Source of the DNA: Selaginella moellendorffii
Lineage: Eukaryota > Plantae > Lycopodiophyta
Reading direction: 5' to 3'
NCBI RefSeq assembly: GCF_000143415.4
Contig: NW_003314281.1
Location: forward strand, 608,833-672,832
DNA length: 64,000 bases
Position numbers and translations under genes: made by a program. The number at the start of each line of letters is the position of its first letter. The stretch's first letter is position 1. This document shows, in pieces, positions 23,038 to 35,400 of this stretch. Under the pieces are notes generated by a model, which searched no databases, had not been told where the DNA came from, and was given only the letters and a program-made list of their open reading frames with translations.

Positions 23038-24779
23038 TCAGTGCATTAGAACTTCCTCGTAAAACTTTGTCAATTCCTTTCCTTGCAAGCCATTCCAAAA
23101 ATCGCGAGCCTTCATCACTTTCCTTCCTGGTGGCTGGACCTCCAAAATCTGGAAGAACGAAGAATCACACAAGCGAAACAAAGAGAGGAAAGATCGAGCG
23201 CTACCTCCAGCCAAGAGTGGTCACCGCATTCCACAAGCATCGATCCAGCCTTGAGTAGAATGGAGCGAGTCGATGGAAATCCTGACTGGCAAACTCTGGT
23301 TGTCACGATCTTCATCTCCAGGATCTCGCGATCGTTGCTGCTCGAGAGATGGAACTTTGCCTTTGTCCCAGGCCATTCGGAAAAAGCTCGCACCTGGAAA
23401 AATCAATGCAGTGTCTGGATATATTTCTTCCTAAGGCTTTTGGGTACCTTGTTGTGGATTATAGCCGCAGGCTCCTCAAATGAAAGCCACGCTTCCTCTA
23501 CACCAATCTAAAGAAAAAGGAAGAGTTGATGGAATAGCAAAAGAATTTGACAAACCAACCTTGGGAGCGTGAGTAGCGCGAGAGTGATCTTGCTCCGTAG
23601 CCCGACTTCGTCCCGTTCCATCCAGTAGATGTGGCATCTCTCTCAGCAGCAAACACGTCCCTAGCGCAGAGCAAAAGAAGAAATAAGAACTCTTGTCCTT
23701 GTGCAAAGAAACTCAAGAAAACTTCGTACATTTTCACAAAGCTCTACCTTTAGAGAAGAGAAGATCTTGTAGCTCAGGTGCCTGCGAGAAAGAAAGAGAG
23801 AAGCAATCTAGAAAAAGAATATGAAAACCTTGCGTGCAAACTTTACCTTAATGTTTTCGTCCACTTCAACGCTTTCAGAGGCTACAACAGGGCCAGAGTC
23901 GAGAGCTCGGACTGTGTAAGCGACACTCACGCCAGTAACCTTCACTCCATCCTACGAAAAGAAGAAAATACTTAGTACTCAAGAGACAGCTTAATCCACG
24001 AAGAGCTCCTCACCTGAATGGCTCGCTGCACTGGAGCGGCACCTCGATACAGCGGCAGCAAGCTCGGATGAACATTAACAGTACCTTGGAAAGGAGAAAA
24101 ACAAAAGAAAGAAGAACTAAGTTGGACACAGATGAAAAGTTTAAGAGATATCATGCAAACCATGCTTTGGAATGTCAAGGAACTTCTGAGAGAGAATGTT
24201 GCCGTAAGCCGCAGTCACGCAGAGGTCCGGCTCCAAACTCTTAAGTTCTTCCAGAAAACATCGCTACAAAAGCCCAGAAGTCATTCGTTTTCATGCCATT
24301 TTCAAGCTCTCACCTCACTGGCTTTCTCTGGCGAAAAGATCAAGTGTGGAGGGAATTGCCGGTCGAGAGCTCTTTGGGCGACTAGAGATGGCATTTGCTT
24401 CTTGCCTCGACCTCTAGCTGCTGGCGGCTGCGTGACGATCCCAGCAATCTGGATCGATCATCTATAAGTAACACAAACTTTTCTCTAGAGTTTTCTCTAG
24501 CAATGCATGCAAATTCTAAGCTACGCACCTCGAATTTGGAGTCTTTAGCCGCTGCGGCGTCTAGCAAAGAATCGAGAACCTTTGCAGCGGGCTGGAAAGG
24601 GCAATATTAATTTGAAAGAGGAAAGAAACGAACAAAGAATCGCTACACACCTCCGGTGTTCCAAGAAAAACAAGGCGAGATTTGCGCCCACATTCCTGGT
24701 GAAGAGATCGCACGACCAGATCGTGGCGCTTGAGAGCTTGAGGAGATTGCGCTAGAAGCCATGGCCGCAAGCCAAGCAT
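23038..24779 (-). CDS. FMT: Methionyl-tRNA formyltransferase, organellar, multi-exon
   Basis: LVFLGTPE, VTQPPAARGRG, PDLCVTAAYGNIL, GTVNVHPSLLPLYRGAAPVQRAI, GVSVAYTVRALDSGP, last exon ILEVQPPGRKVMKARDFWNG; transit-peptide-like N-terminus. Confidence 0.93.
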
Positions 24780-24973
24780 GCTTCCCAAAAACCTAAATTT
24801 CTCTTTTGTGACCTAGTCTCCTTTGATTGACCAATTGACCGTTGAAACTTTGGTACCGACGTGGCTTAGTCTGGATCGCACACGTGGAAATGACCAGTAA
24901 CTGAAAGACTCGATGCCACACGTTCTTCGTCTTCTCTCTTGGGTTTCTTTTTCTTTCCTTCTTCGCAGAAGAA

Positions 24974-25815
24974 ATGCCCACTGCACGATCTTCCTCCCAT
25001 GGCGCCGTCCAATTGGCAATGCCCAATGTGGTGGACATCTCGCCCTTCCGGAGCTTCCACTCGGCGGCGCAGCAATCCATTCCCTCCATCCCCGGGGGAA
25101 ATTCGCGATCGCTGGGCCACAATCCAGGGCCCAATTGCTTCGCCCCACAGGTGCTCCAGGCTGGAGATCCACTGCTGAGCAAGCGCGCCGTGGAGGTCGC
25201 CCTGGATGCCATTGGGAGCTGCGCGATCGAGAAAGTGATCAATGATTTGGTCGCGGCGATGAGGAATTTGGGAGCGTCGGCCCTGTCAGCTCCTCAAATC
25301 GGTCAAGCCCTCCAGGTAACGAAAATTCCGCGTTTTGGGGCAAATTGGGATCACTACTATCGTGTTCGTCTAGATCATTGTTCTTGAGGATCCAACCATC
25401 CAACAGCCTTCCAAGCTCATGGTTCGTGAAAAACTCCTCTCTCCTTCTCTCGCTCGCATTAAAGTCCCATCTTCTTGAGTCCTCGCAGGTGATTATAAAT
25501 CCAAAGCTCGTAGTGATCCATCCGGAAGAAACCGAGACGTCGCTGGAAGAGTGTCCAAGGTGAGTGAAACAACAAACTCAGAGAAGAAGAAAAAAAAACT
25601 ATTTTTCTTGTCCTCTTTGCAGCGTCTGTGGCTACTGTGCTCTCGTCGAAAGATTCTCGAGAGTGAAAGCTACCGGATTGAACAGGAGGGGCGAGAAGAT
25701 CCAGATTGACGCCAAAGGCTGGCTGGCTCGAGCACTTCAGCACGAAAGCGATCACTTGGAAGGCATTCTCTTCGTCGATAAGATGGTACCAAAATCCTTC
25801 CGGAGTATCTCGTAA
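24974..25815 (+). CDS. PDF1A: Peptide deformylase, PDF1A-like, with divergent motifs 1 and 2; exons 24974-25315, 25374-25421, 25489-25559, 25623-25815
   Basis: VLQAGDPLL..A.EV..IGS..IEKVI.DL..MR; APQIG..LQIIVLED; VIINPKL; GWLARALQHESDHLEG..VDKMVP.SFR. Start codon uncertain. Confidence 0.88.
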
Positions 25816-25945
25816 AGAGAGCGCATGACACATTCCTGTAAATTGATTTGTAAATACTGTGTGATATGATTGTGTGAAATAAAGCAAAGCTCGTCAATAC
25901 CTGACCATTGCGAAGGTCTTATTTTTCGGGGATCTTCTTCGTTCC

Positions 25946-27462
25946 TCAAGCGACGTTCTCTTCTCTGACTGGAGCGTCGAGGCCACAGATCTGACGGACT
26001 TTGGAGATGATTTTGGCGGCCAGCTGGGGTTTGTAGCCAGTTCCACACGCAGCCAGGTGCTTGGGAGCTAGTGCACGATCGAAGTAGAATTCGCCCGACT
26101 TTAGTTTGCTGTTTGGCTGGAGCGACAGCCACACTATTGTGTCAGCGCCTTGGTCGATAGTCCTGAGCTTGCCTTGGAATCTGCGGGATGGAGTCAGCTA
26201 AAGTTCGTCTCTTGATCGAGGAGCTTACTTCTCTCTAAATGACGAGAGGCTCTTTGCAACCCCTTCTGTGTCGACCCAGCCAGGATGCATCGTATAAAAG
26301 CCGACACCTTTGGATCCATACAACTTTGCCCAGTTTTCGGTCATTGCAATCTGAAAATCACGAAAGTAGTTTAGGCTTCCCAGAAAAACTCATGACTACC
26401 TGGAGTCTCTTGTTACGCGAATACTGGACAAGACCATTGAACTTGTCGTCTGAATACTGGGAAAGAACAACACACAAAGCCGATCAAGGGTCATAAAAAA
26501 GCGATAGGCTGAGCTGAATACCTGTAAATCTTCGGTGAGTGAACTTCCATACATGCCTCCAGACGATACAGTGACTACTCGCGACTCCGGAGCTGCTTTC
26601 TCAAGCGCAGGCATGAGAAGTTCCGTGAGAGTATACGAAGCAGCTATATTCACTGCAAAGTTCAACTCCAACCTGTAACAACAGTAGCAAGAATCGTCAT
26701 CTACTCCAGCAACTAAAAGACCGAAGAAGAATCACTCACCCGTCTACTGTAGTCTTGCGTTCGTGTTCCATCAGCCCCGCATTGTTCACCTGTAAAGCCA
26801 AAGTCACAACATTGTTTCTCACACAAAAAAATCGCGTGTACCAAAACATAGAGCGGCCTGTCCATGCTGAGAAATCTCGTGGCCAGCTCCTTGACTTCTT
26901 TCAGAGAAGATAAATCACAAAGCTGGAGAGACAAGGAAATTGTTCTCCTTCATCGTAAAACAAAGAAAGAAACAACTCACCTCCAGCTCAACTTTGTCAT
27001 TCCCAGTCTTTGACTTGATCTCCGAGACAGCTTTCTCGCCTTTCTCTTTGTTGCGACACACTAGAAAGACGTTCGCACCCCTGAAACACAAAAGAGAAAG
27101 AGTTCCTCGTTTCCTTGCTAGTAAGAGATCCAACGAATGCTTCAAACCTGGCAGCTAGAGCTTCCGCTGATGCAAATCCAATTCCTGTATTGGCCCCGGT
27201 GACCACACAGTTCTTCCCAGCCATATCCACATCCAAGTCCTCTTTCTTAAAACCGGCAGCATGCTTCCTGCAAGAAATCACGATCAATCACGGTGGAACA
27301 CACCGAAGTATCACACAGGGAACTCACAGGAAGGCCGACCGAGTGAAGTGGAGCGTGCCATAGAGCGAGAATGCGAGCGTTCTGTAGGCCTGGAATCACA
27401 GATACATCAGAAAAATCGATTGCGCAGCGCCGGTGGAGCTAGCTTACCTCGACGATCCACAT
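25946..27462 (-). CDS. Short-chain dehydrogenase/reductase, DHRS12-like, multi-exon
   Basis: GKNCVVTGANTGIG, LCDLSSL, VNNAG, RVVTVSSGGMY, YSRNKR, MHPGWVDT, SGEFYFDRA motifs. Confidence 0.88.
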
Positions 27463-28454
27463 GATGATCTAGCGCCTGCGAGGAAGGAGTGGCTGCACTG
27501 ATTTGTGGCAAGAGCCTCTTGACACGCCATTGCCACGCCATTCCTTTCCCTCTCATTAGATTAGGGCAAAGTGGTCAAACTGACGTTTACTTTATGGCCA
27601 TGCATGGAAAAATTCAATGCTAGCTTTGTTCTAAGATGCTATGCCCATGGCTTTCAAGAGCCCTCTGAAATGGTCGCACAAGCTCTCCAAAGCTATGGTG
27701 GCCAATTCTGACGCTTAAGCCTTCGCGAATTCCTCGACCAAGCGATCATTCTCGCGTCCGTCCGTCCGCTATGACCACCCGATCTATAGCTATGATCTCA
27801 CAACCAGAACTGGGCGGATTGGGTCATCAAGTTTTGCAAAGTATTTGGTGACGGTGCTCAGTGCAAGAAAGGGACGCTCTTGAGTTTCTCGTCACACACA
27901 AGCGTTTCACTATAGACTGAACTTCATCTCCACTTTGTTGGAAGTCTGGGGCTGCGTTCTTGCATTCAGCAAGTATGTTCTCTTGAAAACAGGAAGTTCA
28001 AAGTCTTGGCTTTGTAGCCACAAGACTTGGGAGGAGAATTCCATGCATCGCCACCTTGTTGGGCTCTTATCACACTAGTGTTACTATAGAAAAACTTTGT
28101 GTAGAGAACTTGGGCTTCTTGAGTACACTTCAGTCGGCACCAAGAACGAGCCAATTGGCAAACTTGAGAAGTCACCTTAGAGTTTATCTTATGTGTTAAT
28201 ATGAAATTAAGACCATAATTAATAAATTTCAAGCTTATTCCAAAGATTAACTCTTGGTATTAAAGGTGAAAGGGCCGATATATACAGTCATGCCCAGTTT
28301 TCACATTCCAACCCAAGATCTAACGTTGTATTGAAAAAAAGAAAAGAAAAGCCAAACTCGTGTCTCGTTAGAAGCCAGCTAAAACTCGCAAAATGAGAAA
28401 TCTCGGAAGTAAAGGAAGAGAGAGAGAGAAACTGCAAACCCGGAAGAAGCTCTC

Positions 28455-31400
28455 TCAGCAGTAGTACATGTAGTCCCGGACTTCAGGAAGTACCTCAGGC
28501 AGCCTATACTCCGCGGCCGCAGCGCGAGCAGAAGAAGATCCAGCTCCAGCGGCAACACTGTCGACGTGGAGCCGAGACCGGTAGGCCACCAGGTGAGCGT
28601 AGTACGCCGGAGGTATCACCGAGACCGCCTTGGTACACCGGGCATAAGTGTAGCATAAGCTGTTGACGAGCGTCTGGAGCTGGTCGGCCGTGAAGCCATT
28701 CTGGTCGAGCAGGACGTGGTAGTGCGTCGGCCGGCTGGTTCCCTGGAGACCCCTGTGGCTGCAAAGGTAAAAGTCGAACTCTCGAGGATGGGTGATCTCC
28801 GTGTCCACAACGGTCCCCGGTCTCACGTTGTTGCTCACCACGTTACTGTCCGCCGGGAAGAACCTCGTGTGGTGACGCTTCTGGACGACCACGAAAGTTA
28901 TCTGGGGACAGTAGTCGCCATTCGGCTGGAGGGTAAGGAACGCCCTCCGGATTGCCTGCACTTCGTTGTTCAGGACGTCGGAGAACTGGCCCTCGCTCAC
29001 ACCATCCCGGAAGAAGAGAAGCCTCTCCGGTTTGAGTCTGGTGTGAGTGAAAAACGCCCTCATGAGGTCGACCACCATGTCATGCAGGTGCTCGATCATC
29101 TCCACCCTGCCCCTCTGAGATCTCGCGCGAGCGAGATACTTGACCGCCGATGGCCAGTCCATGCTCGCCACCACCGCGGAGATGGAGGGACTCGTGTCGT
29201 CGCGAGCCATGGGATGAGAGACATCAGCTCCAAAGATGATTGTTGGATTGCCGAGAATCGATGGAACCATGAGTCGCAGATCCTGCGCCAGATCCATGTT
29301 CTGGCCTCCAACTTTGACGTTGATCTTCATCGCGAGGTTGGCCAGGTACTGTGACAAACTGTTGTACTCCTTCATCACATTTTTCTTAAGGCACACTTGC
29401 GTCACGAGCCCGAGCTCCGTCTCGCACAGCTTCTTCAGGTCCCCGTAAATCTGGTGCTTGGCGTCCATGAGACAAACTACCAGCTGAAGACCTTCCCCGG
29501 GCTTGCTTTTGCTGGCGTGATTCCTGACGGCATTCCGGAGTAGCGTATCATACTGCTCCAGCCGACCGCTGGAAGGAGGGATCACGGGAGGATCCATCTG
29601 AACTCCAACCGCCGCGCACCGCGTGATCAACTCACTGATGAAAGCATCCACGTCCTGTCTTGCTAATCTCGCGAAGTTGACGAGAGTCCAGCGGCGGATT
29701 ACTCCCCCTCGAAGAAACCTAGACCGCATCATGTTCCAGCCGCCATCAGATGGCGTGATCCGGTTGCTGCTATACCTCAGACTCGGAGTTGGAAGAACCC
29801 TTGCGTGCAGAGACGTCATCGACTTAGCCACCTGAATTCCAAACTCCGCAGCATAATCATTCCTGGAAGCAAAAAAGACAAGCGTGTCAAGAACAAGAGC
29901 GCAGAACTTCATATGAAAGAAAACTTACCGCTGAAAGTCTTGAACATTGCTCATAAGAGTCTTTATGTTCTGCTCTCGAACAGCAGGAATCTGACACGTG
30001 AACCTCAGCATGTTTGTTGTCTGCCTCTCGTTGAGCTTTCCCTGATATTTCTGACCGGCAGCCAGCTTGCACACTTCCATAGGCAGATAAGTAGTTTTCC
30101 TTCCTTGCAACTCGAGGCAAGGCAACTCGGGATACTGGATCTTATGCTTGTACGTCGTCCAAAAGTAGTCCACAACCTTCACCTCCTGTCCAGAATCAGT
30201 TGTGAACGTCAACGCCTTTGTTGGCCGCAAAGACAGTCCCGAAATCCTGTATCTCCGAGGGATGTTCCTGTGCGTGACTTCGACCTTGAGCCGGTTCAAG
30301 AGATTTTTGGCCTTGGCTCGATCACCGTCCGACAAGCCTCGGCTTGGGTCGAAGTACGGGAGTGACTTCTTGAGGAACTCGAGAACTGGCAATGCCTCGT
30401 AAAATGCTGCTGCAGACAAATCGACGTTCAGCACGAGGCCTTGCATGGTTGGACGAACACTCTGGTAAAATCCTTTCCAGGCCTCAAAACCACCTTCTAG
30501 TGCCAGCCTCCCGAATGACGGATCGAAGAAGTTACGTCCACTGGGAACGTACGACTTCATGGGCCACTCTCTCAAAGCCACGTCCAAAGCTTGCAAGAAC
30601 TCATACGGGGCTTGTAGGACCGCACCTCTGCCTTCGAGGAAGAGGTCCATTTGATACTGGTCCAGCTTCGCGGCAAACTTGATCGTGACTTTGAACTCGC
30701 GGGTCCTGCGCCCTTCTTCCTCTGCCGGCAACGTAACTTTGAAGTCCTTCTGCTCAAACGGAAGTGGCCCCGCCGTGTACAAGCTCTTGCTTCCATCGTA
30801 GACGGGAAGAAGGTTGTTTAGCTCTGAAGCCCGATACTGTGACACGAGCTGCCGCTCCAGAGCACGAGCAATCCCTTTCGAGCCAACAGCCGGATGAATG
30901 GATACGTCGTAGTGAAAGATGGGTCCATCTTTCACCTTCATCTTGAAGTGGTTCACTCTGATGGTAACCTTCTGTCCAACAGTTCCTCGATCAGGCCTTT
31001 TAGGAGGTGCAAGTGCTTTCGAGGAGGTAGGAACATCACCAGTGCTGCTGCTAGGAACGGGAGCACTCGGGCCAGCAGGAGTTTCCTTCACGTCCAAATC
31101 TTTTACTCGAGGAACCAGCGAGTCGGCACTAGCGCTCTGGCCTACAACAAAAGCAAACAAAAGATCACAACTTTGGCATGCCCGAGGGATGAAAATTTAC
31201 GTACCAGATCCTCCAGGGACAGAGCTCTCGATGGTTTGAGGCCTAGGACCAGTCGAAGAAGATGCTCCTCCTACAGCAAGAAATTCAAGGAGTAAAGCTC
31301 CAGAAGAACAAAGAAAGAGATGCGTACCATGTCCTGCCTGGGATCCAGCAGCGCTCTGGTTGTAAGCCACTCCTACAACAAAAGCAAACAAAAGATCACA

Positions 31401-31893
31401 ACTTTGGTATGCCCGAGGTACAAAAACGATACCAGATCCTCCAGGGACACGCTGAGACCCAGAACTATCGATGGTTTGAGGCCTAGGAACGTACGGAGCA
31501 GCCCCAGAAGATCCTCCTCCTACACAGCAAGTAGTAAAGCTCCAGAAGAACAAAGAAAAAGAGCGTACCGTATCCTCGGTGGGATCCAGCAGCGCTTTCG
31601 ATGGTACGCGGCCGCTGCGAGGTCTCTGGAGGAATTTGTTGCTGCCGACGGCCGCCTAGTGGAGGGAAGGCCTCAATCGGAGCTTGAGAAGGACCACCTC
31701 CTCCAGCTCCAGCTCCACGCCCGCCGCCGCCCTCTCTTCCTCCTTGCCCGCGACCGTCGGGATTTCTCCCGCCTCTACCTCTACCTCTTCCCTGCTGAAA
31801 TTCCTCTCCTTGACCACGCCATTCCTGCGATGGCGCCCGTCCATCGCCTCCTCCTCGTCCGCCGCCTCGCCCGCCTCCCCGCCGCGGTGGCAT
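28455..31893 (-). CDS. AGO: Argonaute (G/R-rich N-terminus, N, PAZ, MID, PIWI; DEDH tetrad); exons 31893-31569, 31519-31433, 31372-31328, 31270-31205, 31141-29929, 29862-28455
   Basis: RPDRGTVG..VNHF, GFYQSVRPT.QGL.LNVD, YLPMEVC, NLAMKINVKVGG, GADVSH, FRDGVSEGQF, QKRHHTR, GTSRPTHY, PAYYAHL, MYYC stop. Confidence 0.95.
31130..31600 (-). repeat. Tandem duplication (~240 bp) of two exon-intron units in the AGO N-terminal region
   Basis: Introns 2 and 4 share CCAAAGTTGTGATCTTTTGTTTGCTTTTGTTGTAG; introns 1 and 3 share TTTGTTCTTCTGGAGCTTTACT; exons 2 and 4 share PRPQTI.SS..VPGGSG. Confidence 0.9.
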
Positions 31894-32425
31894 TGCTCCT
31901 CCTGTGACAGCAAAACCCCCGTTAGAACCTACAGCTCCAGTGGCATCGCCACGATCCTCACACCGCCGCCAAAGAATCGATCGCCTCGATCAAACCCGAG
32001 CGCGCGCCCTCTTCGATTCTCCAAGAACCCAAGCCTCTTTTAAGGGTAGAAAAAAGATGGTACATTTCGAATTCCAAGGTGTCAAAATCCCAAGCGTCAG
32101 TTCCTTGCTGATGTGGCGAAATCAGAAGCGTCCGCCGTGGCCCGCCAGATTTAAATACGAATCGTGATAAAGCTCGCGCTTTGAGATCGAATAAAGTGGC
32201 TCCGGACTAGCACTAACTAAGGAAGCTTGATTCTTAAGACAGAAGATCTGGAACGTCCATTGGCGTGCTCATCGCAGCCCTCGCATTTAAATGTTTGAAA
32301 AGTTACAAGAAATCGCGCGAAGCGATATCATCGATCTATTGGAAATGGCGGCAGCATTAAATCGATTCCACTGCGATTCGATCTCTTCGGATCCGATTCT
32401 TCCCTTCCTCTGCCACTCGATTCAA

Positions 32426-35400
32426 TCATTTCTTCTCGCTGGCTAGAGCAGCCGCCACAGTCGCGGACGCGTCCTCGAGAGTTCGCTTCTTCTCCACTTT
32501 GTCGAATGCCTGTATGGTGTCGCCATCTTGCCACTCGTTGAAGCCATCCACGCCAACACCACACTCCAAACCAGCATCAACCTGGAAATCGAAGAAGGAC
32601 CATGATCGAATTGGAAGTAGCGAGCAAAGAGAAACTTCGATACCTCCTTGGCGACGTCTTTTACTCGTCGAAGCGAGCTCAAACTCCCAGTGTGCACGGT
32701 TTTCTTCCCTCGCTTGACGTGAACACCGCAGCCTTTGGTCAGCTTTCCTTCCGTCACCATGCATCCCGCCACTCGTCCACTTCCACTCGTGAAAACCGCT
32801 CGAACCTCCGCTTTTCCAATCGGAACTTCCTCCTGCGATACAAGTGTGAGTGATGGGAGAATTCACGAGAGAGGAAATGGAAAGAACCATGTACCTGGAT
32901 GGGCTTCAAGAGACCCTCCATTGCTTGCCTCATGTCATCTACTAATTCGTATATGACTTTGTACAAACGAATCTCAACGCCTTCGCTGTCAGCCTTGTCC
33001 CTCACCGTCGGCTGCGTGCGTACGTTGAAACCAATCACGATTGCTCCGCTCGCAATCGCCAAATCTATGTCACTGGCTGTTATATCGCCTGTGCCTTGCA
33101 TCAAAAACCGAAGCTGGACAGTGTCCTGCGGCAAAACTTGGAGCGCCTCCCTGATGGCCTCCACAGTTCCCTGAGATCAAACAACACAAGCGTATGAAAC
33201 GAGTGAACGAGCAAGGAAAACAATGCCGGTACCTGAACGTCAACTTTGAGAACAATGTTTAGCTGGTGTGACTCAACACCGGAGTCCTTTCCAGACGCTA
33301 CAGCACTCGCAAGGTTCGCAAGGGTCACCTTTCCTTCGCTAGCTTGAGAGGCTAGACGAGAATCACGCATGCGTTCTGCGTATTCGGCAGCAGCGTCTCT
33401 AGCATCATCAATCGTGTCGCGGATTTCAAATTCGTATCCAGCAACTGGTACACTGCTCAGTCCAATCACCTGAGATAATCGCAGTCAGATGTCGATGCTA
33501 AAAGATCTTAAGCAAGAATCGAAGAAAACCTGCACTGCGGTTGATGGACCAGCCTCATTGACCGACTTCCCTTTTTCGTCAAACAATGCTCGCACCTGAA
33601 AACGAAAAAAATAAGAACGTTGTTCCGGTAGCTATGCTTGATTAGAAGTTTACCTTTCCATAGCTTTCACCACAGAGAACCACGTCTCCTTTGCTTAGTG
33701 TACCATTTTGCACGAGCAACGTAGCAACCGGTCCCCTTGCCTTGTCTAAGCTTGCTTCAATGATTGTGCCACTGGCCTCACGGTGAGGATTGGATCTTAA
33801 GTCTTGCAACTAGCGGGAAAGCAAGAAAACATGAGCTCCAAGCTACAAGTTTTACTGCACAGTACCTCGGCAACAAGCATGACCGTCTCCAGTAACGAAT
33901 CAATGTTCTCTCCTGTAAGAGCACTAACCGAAACCATCTGCTCTTCTCCACCCCACTCTGGTGGAACTACACCCGCTTTTGCAAGCTCTTCCTTGACACG
34001 ATCAACGTTTGCTCCCGGCTTGTCAATCTGCAACGAAAGGAAGAGTTTAGTCACAAGAACGATGATCTCATATACAAACAATACCTTGTTGATAGCTACG
34101 ACAATTGGAACCCTGGCAGCTTTGGCGTGAGCGATTGCTTCCAAAGTCTGTGGACGGGTTCCATCATCTGCTGCTACCACGATAATTGCAATGTCTGTGA
34201 TTCGTGCACCACGAGCTCGCATAGCACTGAAAGCCTGTTGACGAGAACAAGAAAGCCTTTAGCATTTCCAAAGAAGACGTAAAACACAATATGTACCTGA
34301 TGCCCCGGTGTGTCAAGGAAAACACACGTTTGCTCCTCCCCATCGACTGTCACAGGCACTTGATATGCACCAATTGCTTGTGTGATTCCTCCAGCTTCTC
34401 CGGCAGCCACCTGAATCATGAATGCAGAGAACTTCTAACATGAGAAACCAAAAAGGAAAGAAAAGAAAGAAAAAAGAAATACCTTTGTCTTCCTGATGTA
34501 ATCCAGCAACGAAGTCTGTAGCACAAAATAAAATCAAAGTGTCAAAAACAAAAAAGAAGATCGAAATCAAAGTTCTCGTAATTACCTTTCCATGATCAAC
34601 ATGTCCCATGACTGTTACCACTGGTGGACGTCTCTCCAGTGACTCCAAGTCTTCTTCGTCCAGGAACTCTTTCTGCTTCTTGGCCATGTCCTCGACTTTG
34701 ACAGAGCCAGCTTCGATAACTTCCACTTCGTATTCATTGCACACAATTTTCACAGATTCTTCATCCAGCATCTGGTTGATCGTCACTGCTATTCCCTTCA
34801 TGAACAAGACCTTGACAACAGCCGCTTCGTTGATAGCCAGCTTACTCGCCAAGTCTCCCACGGTCATTCCCTGCTTCCCCACCTCCAAAATCTCCACTTT
34901 CACCGGAGCCGAGGCCTTTGCAGCCTCTGCTCGCTCGGCTTTCCTTCTAGCTTTCGAGTACTTCCTGCCTTTGCGTGCCGGACTCACACCTGAAATGCTG
35001 ATACCAATCTCTTCCGCGTCGTCCATGGCATTCTCGTCACGAGCAACGGTTCTGCGCTTAGCTCCATCCATCACTTCCGATCTTTTCCGCTTGTCATCCC
35101 TGGCCTTGTTCGCTAAACCCGGCTTCGATGATGGCGGACCTCCAGCTCCAGTGTCTTTGTCTTTGAGACCTGTCTGCTTCTTCGTTGCCTCGTCACTCTT
35201 TGTCGAAGAAGAGCGACCCGAAGGAGGAGGGGGAGGTGTAGCGCTCGGTTCCACCACCTTCCTGAAAGTATCCACTAATCTCGGTCCCTTGGGCGCCACC
35301 GGCGGTGCCGCTGGCTTTGGAGCAATCATCGGCTTCGTTGACATGAGAGGCTCTTTTCTCAAAACGGGCGGAGGTCGCATCAAAGGTGGCGAGCTGAGAA

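Noticed and set aside
27600-28000. Possible decayed gene fragment between the SDR and AGO
   Set aside because: Short, interrupted and not assignable.
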